Part shown: one piece after another, positions 55,186-64,000 of the stretch
Layout: each line of letters starts with the position of its first letter
Numbering within the stretch: position 1 is the stretch's first letter
Source of the DNA: Frankiales bacterium
GTDB taxonomy: Bacteria > Actinomycetota > Actinomycetes > Mycobacteriales > SCTD01
Assembly (NCBI GenBank): GCA_025465465.1
Contig: JAODND010000045.1
Coordinates: 14,098 to 78,097, forward strand
DNA: 64,000 nucleotides
Direction of reading: 5' to 3'
Position numbers and translations under genes: made by a program
The notes under the pieces: generated by a model
The model's input: only the letters and a program-made list of their open reading frames with translations
Database searches by the model: none
Told to the model about the DNA's origin: nothing

Positions 55186-57558
55186 GTGAGCGCCGTGCCT
55201 GCCGAAAACGGACTACCCAGGGTGGTCCCGCTGTCGGCTGCCTCCGGGAAGCCTGCCGGACCCACTCGACGCCGGATCGGCGAGGTGCTGGTCGACTCCG
55301 GCCTGTTGACCGCTCTCCAGCTGTCCGACGCGTTGTCCAAGCAGCGCGACGTGCTGCCGGGACAGCCCCGTCCGCGGCTCGGCACGGTCGTGATCGAGCT
55401 GGGCCACGTGACCGAAGCGCAGGTCGCGGAGGCGCTCGCCACCGCGCTGGGCCTCGACCTGGTGGACCTGGGGCGCACCATGGTCATCCCCGAGCACGTG
55501 CGTCTGCTGCCGCGTCAGGTCGCCGAGCGCAGCAACGTGCTGGTCCTGTCCAAGGACGGCAACCGCCTCAAGGTCGCGACCTCCGACCCCACCAACGTCG
55601 TCGCCCTGGACGACGTGAAGCTCTACGCGCGGGCCGCCGAGATCGAGGTCGTCGTCGCCACCGAGAGCCAGGTGCGCGAGCAGCTGGCCCGGGCCTGGTC
55701 GTTGTCGGAGGACCGCGGCGACGTCAACACGATGTTCGAGGGAATCGACGACGACCTGGAGTCGAACGACGAGCTGGCTCAGGGCGGCACCGACGCCGCC
55801 CCGATCGTCCGGCTGGTCGACGTGATCCTGGCCGACGCGGTGCGCGCCCGGGCGTCGGACGTGCACGTCGAGCCGCAGGCCGGTGAGCTGCGCATCCGCT
55901 ACCGCGTCGACGGCCTGCTCCGGGATGTGATGACGGTCCCCAAGAACGCCACCGCCGCCGCGGTGAGCCGCATCAAGATCGTGTCCGGCCTCGACATCGC
56001 CGAGCGGCGGCGTCCGCAGGACGGCCGCGCCAAGCTGACGGTCGACGGCTTCACGGTCGAGGCCCGCATCTCCACCCTGCCGACCCTGCACGGCGAGAAG
56101 GTCGTCGTCCGGCTGCTCCCCCGCGCCGAGAACGTCCCTCTGCTCAACAAGACCGGCATGACCCCGATGCAGCTGGAGACGCTCGGCAGTGCCCTGATCC
56201 AGAGCCAGGGGCTGGTGCTCATCACCGGCCCGACCGGCTCGGGCAAGACAAACACGCTGTACGCCGCGATCCAGCAGGTCAGCACCCCCGACCGCAACAT
56301 CGTGACCCTCGAGGACCCGGTCGAGGTCCAGGTCGCGGGCATCACGCAGGTGCAGGTCCACGAGCGGTCCGGCATGACGTTTGCGCGTGGTCTGCGCTCG
56401 GTGCTTCGGCAGGACCCCGACATCGTCCTCGTCGGCGAGGTCCGCGACCATGAGACCGCCGAGCTCGCGCTGCAGGCGTCGCTCACCGGTCACCTCGTCC
56501 TCACGACGCTGCACACCAACGACGCCGTCAGTGCCATCACCCGCCTCGTGGACATGGGCGTCGAGCCCTTCCTCGTGGCGTCCTCGCTCACCCTGGTCGT
56601 CGCCCAGCGGCTGGTCCGTCGGCCGTGCGCGTCGTGCGCCGCCGAGTATGTCCCGTCGCCGCGCACCCTCTCGCTGCTCGGTCTCGCCGCGGCCGACCTC
56701 GAGGGTGCGACGCCGACCCGCGGCAAGGGCTGCGGCGAGTGCGGTGGCACCGGCTACCGCGGCCGCACCGGCATCTACGAGGTCCTGCCCGTCACGGCCG
56801 CGCTCCGCAAGGTGCTCCTGACCACCCCGACCGAGGCCGCCATCGGCGCGGCGGCCCGCGAGCACGGCATGACGACGCTTCGGGCCTCCGCGCTCGCTGC
56901 CGCACACCGCGGCGAGACGACCTACGAGGAGGTCCTGCGGACCACCCACGTCGACGCTGTTGCCGGTCCGCGCTGCCCCACCTGCGCCCGCGCCCTCGCC
57001 GACGACATGATGTGCTGCCCCTGGGACGGCGCGCTGGTCGAGCGCGACCGCTGCCGCGGCTGCGAGCGGCAGCTCGACGCCGAGTGGGCGACGTGCCCCT
57101 GGTGCCGCACCGAGGTGGACCGCCCCGTCAGTCAGCCGGCCGTTCCCACCCAGCTGCCCCGACTGCTCGTGGTCGACGACGACCCGAGCGTCTGCCAGTT
57201 CGTCACCGCTGCCCTTGCCGGCTCGGCCGAGGTCGTGACCGCGTTCACGTCCGACATGGCGTTGAACCTGCTCGGGACCCAGCCGTTCGACGGCGTGCTC
57301 GTCGACAACGGTCTGCCCGACCTGTCCGGCGTCGAGTTCATCCGGCTCGTCCGGTCCGACCCCAAGACGCTGACCCTGCCCCTCGTGCTCTTCACGGGTG
57401 CGTCGTCGGCCGACATCGAGCGCGAGGCCCGCAACGCCGGCGCCGACGACTTCCTCGCCAAGCCGGTCGAGCCGGTCCTGCTCGAGGAGCGCGTCATGTC
57501 ACTGCTCACCCGCGAGACCCGCTCCCTGCCGACCGCCATGGGTGGCGCGTCCACCTGA
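55186..57558 (+). CDS. PilB/GspE-family ATPase with N-terminal MshEN, C-terminal double zinc ribbon and receiver (REC) domain
   Basis: RIGEVLVDSG...RLGTVVIELG; ASDVHVEP; GPTGSGKT; EDPVE; LRQDPD..VGEVRD; GHLVLTTLHTN; CASC/CGEC; CPTC..CCPWD..CRGC..CPWC; LLVVDDD..VLVD..FTG..AKP. Confidence 0.93.
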   Translation: MSAVPAENGLPRVVPLSAASGKPAGPTRRRIGEVLVDSGLLTALQLSDALSKQRDVLPGQPRPRLGTVVIELGHVTEAQVAEALATALGLDLVDLGRTMVIPEHVRLLPRQVAERSNVLVLSKDGNRLKVATSDPTNVVALDDVKLYARAAEIEVVVATESQVREQLARAWSLSEDRGDVNTMFEGIDDDLESNDELAQGGTDAAPIVRLVDVILADAVRARASDVHVEPQAGELRIRYRVDGLLRDVMTVPKNATAAAVSRIKIVSGLDIAERRRPQDGRAKLTVDGFTVEARISTLPTLHGEKVVVRLLPRAENVPLLNKTGMTPMQLETLGSALIQSQGLVLITGPTGSGKTNTLYAAIQQVSTPDRNIVTLEDPVEVQVAGITQVQVHERSGMTFARGLRSVLRQDPDIVLVGEVRDHETAELALQASLTGHLVLTTLHTNDAVSAITRLVDMGVEPFLVASSLTLVVAQRLVRRPCASCAAEYVPSPRTLSLLGLAAADLEGATPTRGKGCGECGGTGYRGRTGIYEVLPVTAALRKVLLTTPTEAAIGAAAREHGMTTLRASALAAAHRGETTYEEVLRTTHVDAVAGPRCPTCARALADDMMCCPWDGALVERDRCRGCERQLDAEWATCPWCRTEVDRPVSQPAVPTQLPRLLVVDDDPSVCQFVTAALAGSAEVVTAFTSDMALNLLGTQPFDGVLVDNGLPDLSGVEFIRLVRSDPKTLTLPLVLFTGASSADIEREARNAGADDFLAKPVEPVLLEERVMSLLTRETRSLPTAMGGAST

Positions 57559-57579
57559 GCCATCGGGTACGAAGGACGC

Positions 57580-58326
57580 GTGTCACCATCCCGCCACGAG
57601 GCCTACGGCTCGGCGCCGCGCCAGCGGGGTGAGTGGTGGGTGCCGGCGGGTCGCACGACGCCTGGCCCCCTCGTCGTGCTCGTGCACGGCGGCTACTGGC
57701 GCGACAGCTACGACCTGACCCTCGAGGACGACCTCGCCGACGACCTCGCGGGCCACGGCTTCCTCGTCTGGAACATCGACTACGCCCCCTCGGTCGAGGC
57801 CTGGCCGGCGACGCTTCAGGACGCGGCGGCGGCGTATGACTTCGCGTTCCACGGCCGGTACGCCGCACTGGTGGACCGCACCAGGGTCGCCGTCGCCGGT
57901 CACTCCGCAGGCGGCCAGCTCGCGTTGTGGCTGGCCTCCCGCTCGCGACTCCCTCCCGGTGCTCCGGGTGCCGGCAGCCACGTCGTACCGAAGCTCGCGG
58001 TGCCGCAGGCTCCGGTTGCCTCGCTGGCGCAGGCCTATGCGCTCGGCCTCGGCGGCGGAGCGGTGGGCGCGCTGGTGGGCGGCGGCCCGTCGGACCTGCC
58101 CGACCGCTATGCGGTCGCCGATCCCGTGGCGCTCGCACCGGCGGTCGTGCCGACGACCATCGTGCACTCCACGGAGGACGACGTCGTGCCGTTGAGCCAG
58201 AGCGAGGACTACGTGCGGGCGTCGCCCGGCACGGTCCTCGTGACGGTGCCGGGCGACCACTTCACGCACCTGGATCCTTCGTCGGAGGCCTGCGAGGCGC
58301 TCCGCCGCGCCCTCACAGCGCTCTGA
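57580..58326 (+). CDS. Alpha/beta hydrolase (S9/esterase-like)
   Basis: LVHGGYW, WNIDY, GHSAGG, DDVVP, GDHF. Confidence 0.88.
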   Translation: MSPSRHEAYGSAPRQRGEWWVPAGRTTPGPLVVLVHGGYWRDSYDLTLEDDLADDLAGHGFLVWNIDYAPSVEAWPATLQDAAAAYDFAFHGRYAALVDRTRVAVAGHSAGGQLALWLASRSRLPPGAPGAGSHVVPKLAVPQAPVASLAQAYALGLGGGAVGALVGGGPSDLPDRYAVADPVALAPAVVPTTIVHSTEDDVVPLSQSEDYVRASPGTVLVTVPGDHFTHLDPSSEACEALRRALTAL

Positions 58327-58612
58327 CCGCCGCGGCCGCCGCGGCCGCCGCGAGCACCACGACCAGGAACGGAAGCCGGCGCCACAGGCAGAGTGCGCCG
58401 ACAGCGAGGGAGACGACGCGCGCGTCGAGTGTCAGCGATCGGCCATGCGCGAAGACCTGCGTGATGACGAGCGCTGCCAACAGCGCGGCCGGGAGCAGCG
58501 TTGCCGCCTTGCGCAGGGCCGGCCGATCCAGGACGGTCGACGGGACGGCCCAGCCGGCGGCCTTGAAGCCGAAGCAGCCGGCGGCCGTGAGCAGCACCGC
58601 TGACCAGATCAT
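58313..58612 (-). CDS. azlD: AzlD family membrane protein
   Basis: LLPAALLAALVITQ, PFLVVVLAAAA; ATGA overlap with azlC. Confidence 0.85.
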   Translation of the reverse strand: MIWSAVLLTAAGCFGFKAAGWAVPSTVLDRPALRKAATLLPAALLAALVITQVFAHGRSLTLDARVVSLAVGALCLWRRLPFLVVVLAAAAAAAAVRAL

Positions 58613-59256
58613 CGGCGCACCAGGGCAGGGAGGACCGCCAGTCCGGCCACGAGCACCGGGATTCCCGGAGGCGTGAGGGGCACCGCGACGAGTGCGAGCA
58701 CGGCACCACCGAGCGCGACCGGCCAGGCCTCGCGCAGCCGTGGCCACAGCAGCCCGAGGAACGCGGCACCGACGGCACCGTCGAGCCCGACGGCAGCAGG
58801 GTCGACGGCCGACGCGGACGCCGCACCCACCAGTGTCGACAGGTTCCAGACGACATAGACCGTGAGCCCCGTCCACCAGAAGCCGACGTGCGTCCAGGCC
58901 GGCGGCGAGGTCGTGGCGATCGCGGTGCTCTCGTCGATCGTGATCTGCGCAGCGACCGCGCGCCGCCACCCGCGCACCGGGATGCGCTCCTTGAGGATCA
59001 CGGCATACAGACCATTGCGGCCACCGAGCAGCACCGCGCTCGCGACGCCCGCCGCGACCGAGCCGCCCGCGCCGAGGACGCTGACCAGTGCGAACTGTGA
59101 CGCCCCCGTGAAGACCAGCAGCGACACCGCACAGGCCTGCACCACGGAGAAACCGGCCACCACCGCGGCCGCGCCGAACGAGGCGCCGTAGAGGCCCACC
59201 GCGACGCCGAGCGACAGCGAGCGCCGCACGACCTCCCGGCGGACGGCTTCGGTCAG
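58609..59256 (-). CDS. azlC: AzlC family branched-chain amino acid exporter
   Basis: YGASFG, SLLVFTGASQFA, RNGLY, IDESTA, VWNLST, GLD; start uncertain (CTG 59256 or GTG 59229). Confidence 0.87.
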   Translation of the reverse strand: MTEAVRREVVRRSLSLGVAVGLYGASFGAAAVVAGFSVVQACAVSLLVFTGASQFALVSVLGAGGSVAAGVASAVLLGGRNGLYAVILKERIPVRGWRRAVAAQITIDESTAIATTSPPAWTHVGFWWTGLTVYVVWNLSTLVGAASASAVDPAAVGLDGAVGAAFLGLLWPRLREAWPVALGGAVLALVAVPLTPPGIPVLVAGLAVLPALVRR

Positions 59257-59756
59257 CGCATCCCCTCGGCCTCGCCGCAGCCGCCGACCGGGGGCGCGAG
59301 CGAGCCGACCCCGAGCTTGAGCATCAGGCGTTGGAGCTCGTCGAGCTCCGCAGGCGTGAGCCGTGAGGTCATGTGCTCGCTGATGCCGCGCAGATGCGTC
59401 GGCGCCGCCGACCGCAACCGCGCCAGCCCCGCCTCGGTGAGGACCGCGAGGGTGCCCCGGGCATCGCTGGGGCAGGCCTCCCGCTCCACCAGCCCGTCGC
59501 GCTCGAGCCGGTCGACGAGCCGCGTGAGACCGGACCGGGACAACAGCACCCGATCGGCGAGCTCGGTCATCCGCAGCCGCCTCGCATCCGACTCGGCGAG
59601 CTGCAGCAGGACGTCGTAGGAGGCGAGCGGGAGGTCGTGCTCGGCGACGAGCTCGGCCTCGAGCTCGCGGCTGATCTGGGAGTGCGCACGGAGGAAGGCG
59701 CGCCACGCACCGAGCTCGCGGACCGTGAGCCGCTCGGCTGTCGCCTTCATCACCAC
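59253..59756 (-). CDS. MarR family transcriptional regulator
   Basis: [51 protein letters not shown]. Confidence 0.93.
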   Translation of the reverse strand: MVMKATAERLTVRELGAWRAFLRAHSQISRELEAELVAEHDLPLASYDVLLQLAESDARRLRMTELADRVLLSRSGLTRLVDRLERDGLVEREACPSDARGTLAVLTEAGLARLRSAAPTHLRGISEHMTSRLTPAELDELQRLMLKLGVGSLAPPVGGCGEAEGMR

Positions 59757-59762
59757 CTGCTC

Positions 59763-59794
59763 ATGTTACTTGCGCCTGCAACACTGAGTAACGT
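59763..59794. promoter_or_regulatory. Back-to-back leaderless promoters with a central dyad
   Basis: TAACAT (minus, 59768-59763) and TAACGT (plus, 59789-59794) lie 6-7 nt from the GTG starts; TTGC-N4-GCAA at 59770-59781. Confidence 0.55.
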
Positions 59795-59801
59795 CTTTTC
59801 C

Positions 59802-60851
59802 GTGCGCAACGCCAAGGACTTCTTCCAGCCGCTCGCCGTCGGTGCACCTGCGCCGCTGCGCGAGATCCCGTGGACGCCGTCGCGGATGCTCCACTTCTTC
59901 GACCCGTCCAACGAAAAGATGGTGTCGAAGCTCCCGGACCTCGCACCAAAGGTCGATGTGCTCCTGGGCAACCTCGAGGACGCCATCCAGGCCGGCAACA
60001 AGGTCGCCGCCCGCGAAGGCCTCGTCAAGGTCGCCACGTCGATCGACCTCGGCGCGACCGCGTTGTGGACGCGGGTCAACGACCTGGGCAGCCCGTGGGT
60101 GCTCGACGACCTGACCACGCTGGTGCTCGAGGCCGGCGAGGCGATCGACGTCATCATGGTCCCGAAGGTCGAGGGACCTGAGGACATCCACTACGTGGAC
60201 CGCCTGCTCGCCCAGCTCGAGGCGAAGGCGGGGCTGTCCCGACCGCTGCAGGTGCACGCCATCCTCGAGACCGCCCGGGGCGTCGCGAACGTCGAGGAGA
60301 TCTGCGCGGCGAGCCCGCGCATGCAGGGCATCTCACTCGGCCCGGCCGACCTCGCCGCCAACCGTCGCATGAAGACCACGCGAGTCGGTGGTGGCCACCC
60401 CGGCTACCTGGTCCGCGAAGACCCGGGAGCCGACGAGAGCGCGCCGCGAGCGACCTTCCAGCAGGACCTGTGGCACTACACAGTCGCCCGGATGGTGGAC
60501 GCCTGCGCCAGCAACGGCATCTACGCCTACTACGGCCCCTTCGGCGACATCAAGGACACCGTCGCCTGCGAGGACCAGTTCCGCAACGCCTACCTGCTCG
60601 GGTGCGTCGGCGCCTGGTCGCTGCATCCGGTGCAGATCGACATCGCCAAGAAGGTCTTCTCCCCTGAGCCTGCGGAAGTGGCCTGGGCGCGGCGCGTGGT
60701 CGAGGAGATGGGCGAGGACGGCCGAGGCGCGGTGATGATCGACGGCAAGATGCAGGACGACGCGACATACAAGCAGTGCAAGGTCGTCCTGGAGCTCGCG
60801 ACGCGGCTCGCCGCCCGCGACGCCGACCTGAGGGAGGCGTACGGGCTGTGA
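59802..60851 (+). CDS. mcl: Malyl-CoA/beta-methylmalyl-CoA/citramalyl-CoA lyase (Chloroflexus Mcl-like)
   Basis: [85 protein letters not shown]. Confidence 0.85.
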   Translation: MRNAKDFFQPLAVGAPAPLREIPWTPSRMLHFFDPSNEKMVSKLPDLAPKVDVLLGNLEDAIQAGNKVAAREGLVKVATSIDLGATALWTRVNDLGSPWVLDDLTTLVLEAGEAIDVIMVPKVEGPEDIHYVDRLLAQLEAKAGLSRPLQVHAILETARGVANVEEICAASPRMQGISLGPADLAANRRMKTTRVGGGHPGYLVREDPGADESAPRATFQQDLWHYTVARMVDACASNGIYAYYGPFGDIKDTVACEDQFRNAYLLGCVGAWSLHPVQIDIAKKVFSPEPAEVAWARRVVEEMGEDGRGAVMIDGKMQDDATYKQCKVVLELATRLAARDADLREAYGL

Positions 60852-61687
60852 CCGTCCTGCGCTCCGTGCTGTACATGCCCTCGAGCAATGAGCGGGCGCT
60901 CGAGAAGGCCAAGACGATCCCCGCCGATGCGATCATTTTCGACCTCGAGGACGCCGTCGCGCCTGACGCCAAGGAAGCCGCGCGGGCCAACGCCGTCGGA
61001 GCCGTCCAGTCGGGCGAGTACGGCGGGAAGGTCCTCACCATCCGATGCAACGGCCTCGACACCCCTTGGGGCGCAAGCGATCTGGCCGCCGCCGCCGGTG
61101 CTGGGCCCGCGGCCGTCGTCGTACCGAAGGTGTCCGGGCCCGACCACCTGGAGAAGGTCGTGGCGATCACGGGCGACGTGCCGGTCTGGGCGATGGTCGA
61201 GACGCCCGCCGCGCTGTTCGCGATCCGTGAGATCGCGCAGTTTCCGCAGGTGTCGGTCCTCGTGATGGGGACCAACGACCTCGTGAAGGAGCTGCGGGCC
61301 TCGATGGTGCCCGGCCGCGCGCCGCTGCTGCCGCACCTCGCGACCGCCCTGCTCGGCGCCCGGGAGGCCGACAAGGCCATCCTGGACGGTGTCTACAACG
61401 ACGTGAAGGACCTCGACGGCTTCCTCGCGGAGTGCCGACAGGGCAAGGAGCTCGGCTTCGACGGCAAGACGCTCGTGCACCCGACGCAGGTCGAGGGCGC
61501 CAACGACACCTGGGCACCCACCGAGGACGAGGTGACGCACGCCAAGAAGGTGATCGAGGCCTTCGCCGAGGCCGAGCGCGACAGCCGCGGCGTCGTCACC
61601 GTCGACGGGCGGATGGTCGAGAACCTGCACCGGGACATCGCCTTGCGCACCCTCGAGACCGCTGAGGCCATTGCCGGCCTCGCCTAG
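60848..61687 (+). CDS. CitE-family (3S)-malyl-CoA thioesterase-like (Mcl2-like)
   Basis: [59 protein letters not shown]; GTGA overlap with mcl. Confidence 0.82.
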   Translation: MTVLRSVLYMPSSNERALEKAKTIPADAIIFDLEDAVAPDAKEAARANAVGAVQSGEYGGKVLTIRCNGLDTPWGASDLAAAAGAGPAAVVVPKVSGPDHLEKVVAITGDVPVWAMVETPAALFAIREIAQFPQVSVLVMGTNDLVKELRASMVPGRAPLLPHLATALLGAREADKAILDGVYNDVKDLDGFLAECRQGKELGFDGKTLVHPTQVEGANDTWAPTEDEVTHAKKVIEAFAEAERDSRGVVTVDGRMVENLHRDIALRTLETAEAIAGLA

Positions 61688-61699
61688 GCTGAACGCATC

Positions 61700-62836
61700 A
61701 TGACGCTTCCCACGCACGACCAGCTCCAGGCCGCGCTCGCCACGGTCGAGGACCCCGAGATCCGGCGACCCATCACCGAGATCGGCATGCTCAAGAGCGC
61801 GACCGTCGACGCCGACGGCACCGCACGCATCGGCGTCTACCTGACGATCAGCGGCTGCCCGATGAAGGACACCCTGACGCAGCGCGTCACGGACGCGGTG
61901 TCACCGCTCGAGGGCGTCACGAGCGTCGTCGTGGAGCTGGACGTCATGAGCACCGAGCAGCGCCAGGAGCTGCAGACCCTGCTGCGCGGTGACAACCCGA
62001 CCCGCGAGATCCCCTTCGCGCAGCCGGGCAGCCTGACGCGGGTGTTCGCCGTGGCATCCGGCAAGGGCGGTGTCGGCAAGAGCTCGGTCACCGTCAACCT
62101 GGCCGTCGCGCTGGCCGCCAAGGGGCTCCGGGTCGGTGTCGTCGATGCCGACGTCTATGGCTTCAGCGTCCCGCGCATGCTCGGCGTCGAGCACCGTCCG
62201 ACGCAGGTCGAGCAGATGATCCTGCCGCCGTCGGCGCACGGCGTGAAGGTCATCAGCATCGGGATGTTCACCAAGGACAACACCCCTGTCGTGTGGCGCG
62301 GGCCGATGCTGCACCGCGCGCTGCAGCAGTTCCTGGCCGACGTCTACTGGGGCGACCTCGACTACCTGCTGATGGACCTGCCGCCCGGCACCGGAGACAT
62401 CGCGATCTCGGTCGCGCAGCTGGTCCCCACCGCGGAGATCCTCGTCGTCACGACGCCCCAGCTGGCGGCGCAGGAGGTGGCCGAGCGGGCCGGCTCGATC
62501 GCCCTCCAGACCCACCAGCGGATCGCCGGCGTCGTCGAGAACATGAGCTACTTCCCGTGCCCGCACTGCGGCGAGCCGGTCGACGTCTTCGGGTCGGGCG
62601 GCGGCGAGGCGGTCGCGGGGAGCCTCAGCAGGCTGCTCGGGGCCGAGGTGCCGCTGCTCGGTCAGGTGCCCATCGACAAGCGCCTGCGCGAGGGCGGAGA
62701 CAACGGCATACCGCTGGTGCTGTCCGACCCCGACAGCGCCGCGGGCAAGGAGCTGCTCATGATCACCGAGAAGATCTCCGGCAAGCCGCGTGGCCTCGCC
62801 GGCCTGTCGCTCGGACTCAGCCCCGCGAAGCGGTAG
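61700..62836 (+). CDS. mrp: Mrp/NBP35 Fe-S cluster carrier ATPase
   Basis: DPEI..CPM N-terminal domain, ASGKGGVGKS, WRGPML, DLPPGTGD, VENMS..CPHC. Confidence 0.96.
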   Translation: MTLPTHDQLQAALATVEDPEIRRPITEIGMLKSATVDADGTARIGVYLTISGCPMKDTLTQRVTDAVSPLEGVTSVVVELDVMSTEQRQELQTLLRGDNPTREIPFAQPGSLTRVFAVASGKGGVGKSSVTVNLAVALAAKGLRVGVVDADVYGFSVPRMLGVEHRPTQVEQMILPPSAHGVKVISIGMFTKDNTPVVWRGPMLHRALQQFLADVYWGDLDYLLMDLPPGTGDIAISVAQLVPTAEILVVTTPQLAAQEVAERAGSIALQTHQRIAGVVENMSYFPCPHCGEPVDVFGSGGGEAVAGSLSRLLGAEVPLLGQVPIDKRLREGGDNGIPLVLSDPDSAAGKELLMITEKISGKPRGLAGLSLGLSPAKR

Positions 62837-63289
62837 CTACAAGCTGAACTTGTAGCGGATCCGGTCATAGCCCTGGCACTGGGGCTGGACCTGGATCGTC
62901 CCGTTCACCGCGCCGCTGAACTGGCCCTCGGCCTCATACGTCGGCTCCTGGTCCGTTGCCGAGGCGGTCAGCCCCCGGGCCGTGAGCTGCGCGACCACCT
63001 TGTCCCGCAGCGACACCAGGTCCTTGCGCGACCCCTTCGTGATCGCGTAGACGACGAGGGTCTTTCCCTGGCTGTCGACCTCGAGCAGGGTCTGGTCGGA
63101 GGGGAGGGCGAAGCTGCCGAGCCCGGTCGGCAGCGCGACCCCGGGCGCCGGACTGGTCAGGGAGCCGCAGGCCCGCTCGGCGTCCTTGACCTTCTCGTGG
63201 TGGTCGAAGTATTCGAACACGAAGAAGCCGGCGACAGCGACCGCGGCGATGACGACGAGGGTGATCAGGACCTTCACGAGACGGCTCAC
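62837..63289 (-). CDS. Hypothetical membrane-anchored exported protein
   Basis: N-terminal TM helix, two Cys; TACGCT -10 upstream; GC3 bias. Confidence 0.7.
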   Translation of the reverse strand: MSRLVKVLITLVVIAAVAVAGFFVFEYFDHHEKVKDAERACGSLTSPAPGVALPTGLGSFALPSDQTLLEVDSQGKTLVVYAITKGSRKDLVSLRDKVVAQLTARGLTASATDQEPTYEAEGQFSGAVNGTIQVQPQCQGYDRIRYKFSL

Positions 63290-63381
63290 GAGGCAGGAGC
63301 GTAGGCGGTCGCGGTGGCCCATGACCCACGGTCCGGAACCAGACCTGGACGCCGTGAACCGCCCCCGAGGTTGACCGCGGT

Positions 63382-63708
63382 TCAGGTCGTGTCAGGGTCC
63401 CAGGGGGCGGTCTCGCCGGGGAGCAGCACGGCCTGCCGGGCACCGGCCGTGACGAGCTCGTCCGGGTCGTCCTCGAGCAGGTGCTTGCGGACGAACTCGC
63501 GCGGGTGGAGCGACCGCAGGTCCAGGTCGGCGACCTCGGGCCCGAGCTCGGCCTTGAGGTCGGAGCTCATGGTCTTGAGGTAGGTCCGCAGCTTGCGCAG
63601 GGTGCGACCAGCATCGGCGGCAATGCCGGGAAGGCGATCGGGACCGAAGACGAAAAGCCCGAGCAGCAGGAGCACCGCGGCTTCAGGCCACCCCAGACCA
63701 CCCAGCAC
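63382..63708 (-). CDS. tatB: Sec-independent translocase subunit TatB
   Basis: GWPE..LLGLFVFGPDRLP, ELGPE..DLDLRSLHPREFVRKHL, PWDPDTT; position between htrA and mrp. Confidence 0.9.
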   Translation of the reverse strand: MLGGLGWPEAAVLLLLGLFVFGPDRLPGIAADAGRTLRKLRTYLKTMSSDLKAELGPEVADLDLRSLHPREFVRKHLLEDDPDELVTAGARQAVLLPGETAPWDPDTT

Positions 63709-63736
63709 GTCGGCCTCCTCGTCCGTCCGTCACAGC

Positions 63737-64000
63737 CTACGAGGACTGCTTGTCCTGCAGGACGACCCGGGCGGTGCGGGTGGAGCCGCCGCGCAGGTAG
63801 GTCACCGGGACGGTGTCGCCGACCCGGTGCTCGCGGAGCGCGACGACCAGCTGGTCGACGCTGTGCACGGCCGTGCCGCCCACGCCGGTGATGATGTCCC
63901 CCGGGCGCAGGCCGGCCTTGGCTGCCGCACCCCCGGAGGTGAGCGAGATGAGCCGAGCACCCCGCGGACCGTTGCCGTCGGCGCCGACGGTGCGCGCGAG
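63737..64000 (-). CDS. C-terminal PDZ domain of an HtrA-like S1C protease (partial)
   Basis: GAAAKAGLRPGDIITGVGG..VDQLVVALREHRVGDTV.VTYLRGG; upstream of tatB. Confidence 0.82.
   Translation of the reverse strand, partial: LARTVGADGNGPRGARLISLTSGGAAAKAGLRPGDIITGVGGTAVHSVDQLVVALREHRVGDTVPVTYLRGGSTRTARVVLQDKQSS

Noticed and set aside
1-64000. tRNA, rRNA, integrase, transposase or prophage genes
   Set aside because: None recognised; intergenic spaces are short and coding capacity is accounted for.

Overview
High-GC actinobacterial chromosomal window (non-mycobacterial actinomycete by gene content; this is an inference). It follows the conserved actinobacterial backbone dipeptidase-adnB-adnA-ATL-moeZ-TetR-DUF3107-ferritin-like-DEAD helicase-MarC-PHP-DUF6758-SUFU-CitE-DMT-MgtE_N-DUF1003-mrp-tatB-htrA, with many accessory insertions. 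These include an arylsulfatase, an ECF sigma/anti-sigma pair, a sortase-anchored Asp-box propeller, tandem secreted proteases, a general-stress/NHEJ island (csbD, ku, split ligD), a copper operon (ycnI-copCD), dispersed ethylmalonyl-CoA-pathway-like genes and an orphan PilB-like ATPase. I saw no rRNA, tRNA, CRISPR array or transposase. Top observations: (1) a His-bearing membrane leader protein ending in an RGPP arrest-like motif whose codons base-pair with the ycnI Shine-Dalgarno, a candidate copper-sensing ribosome-stalling switch; (2) an orphan MshEN-PilB-zinc ribbon-receiver fusion; (3) a GNAT-S4(YaaA-like) fusion; (4) two 79-bp hairpin elements bracketing a DUF6351 gene; (5) recurrent 9-12-bp triplications at stop codons. 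Family assignments come from motif recognition and recalled family sequences, not from database searches. Start codons were refined by eye.
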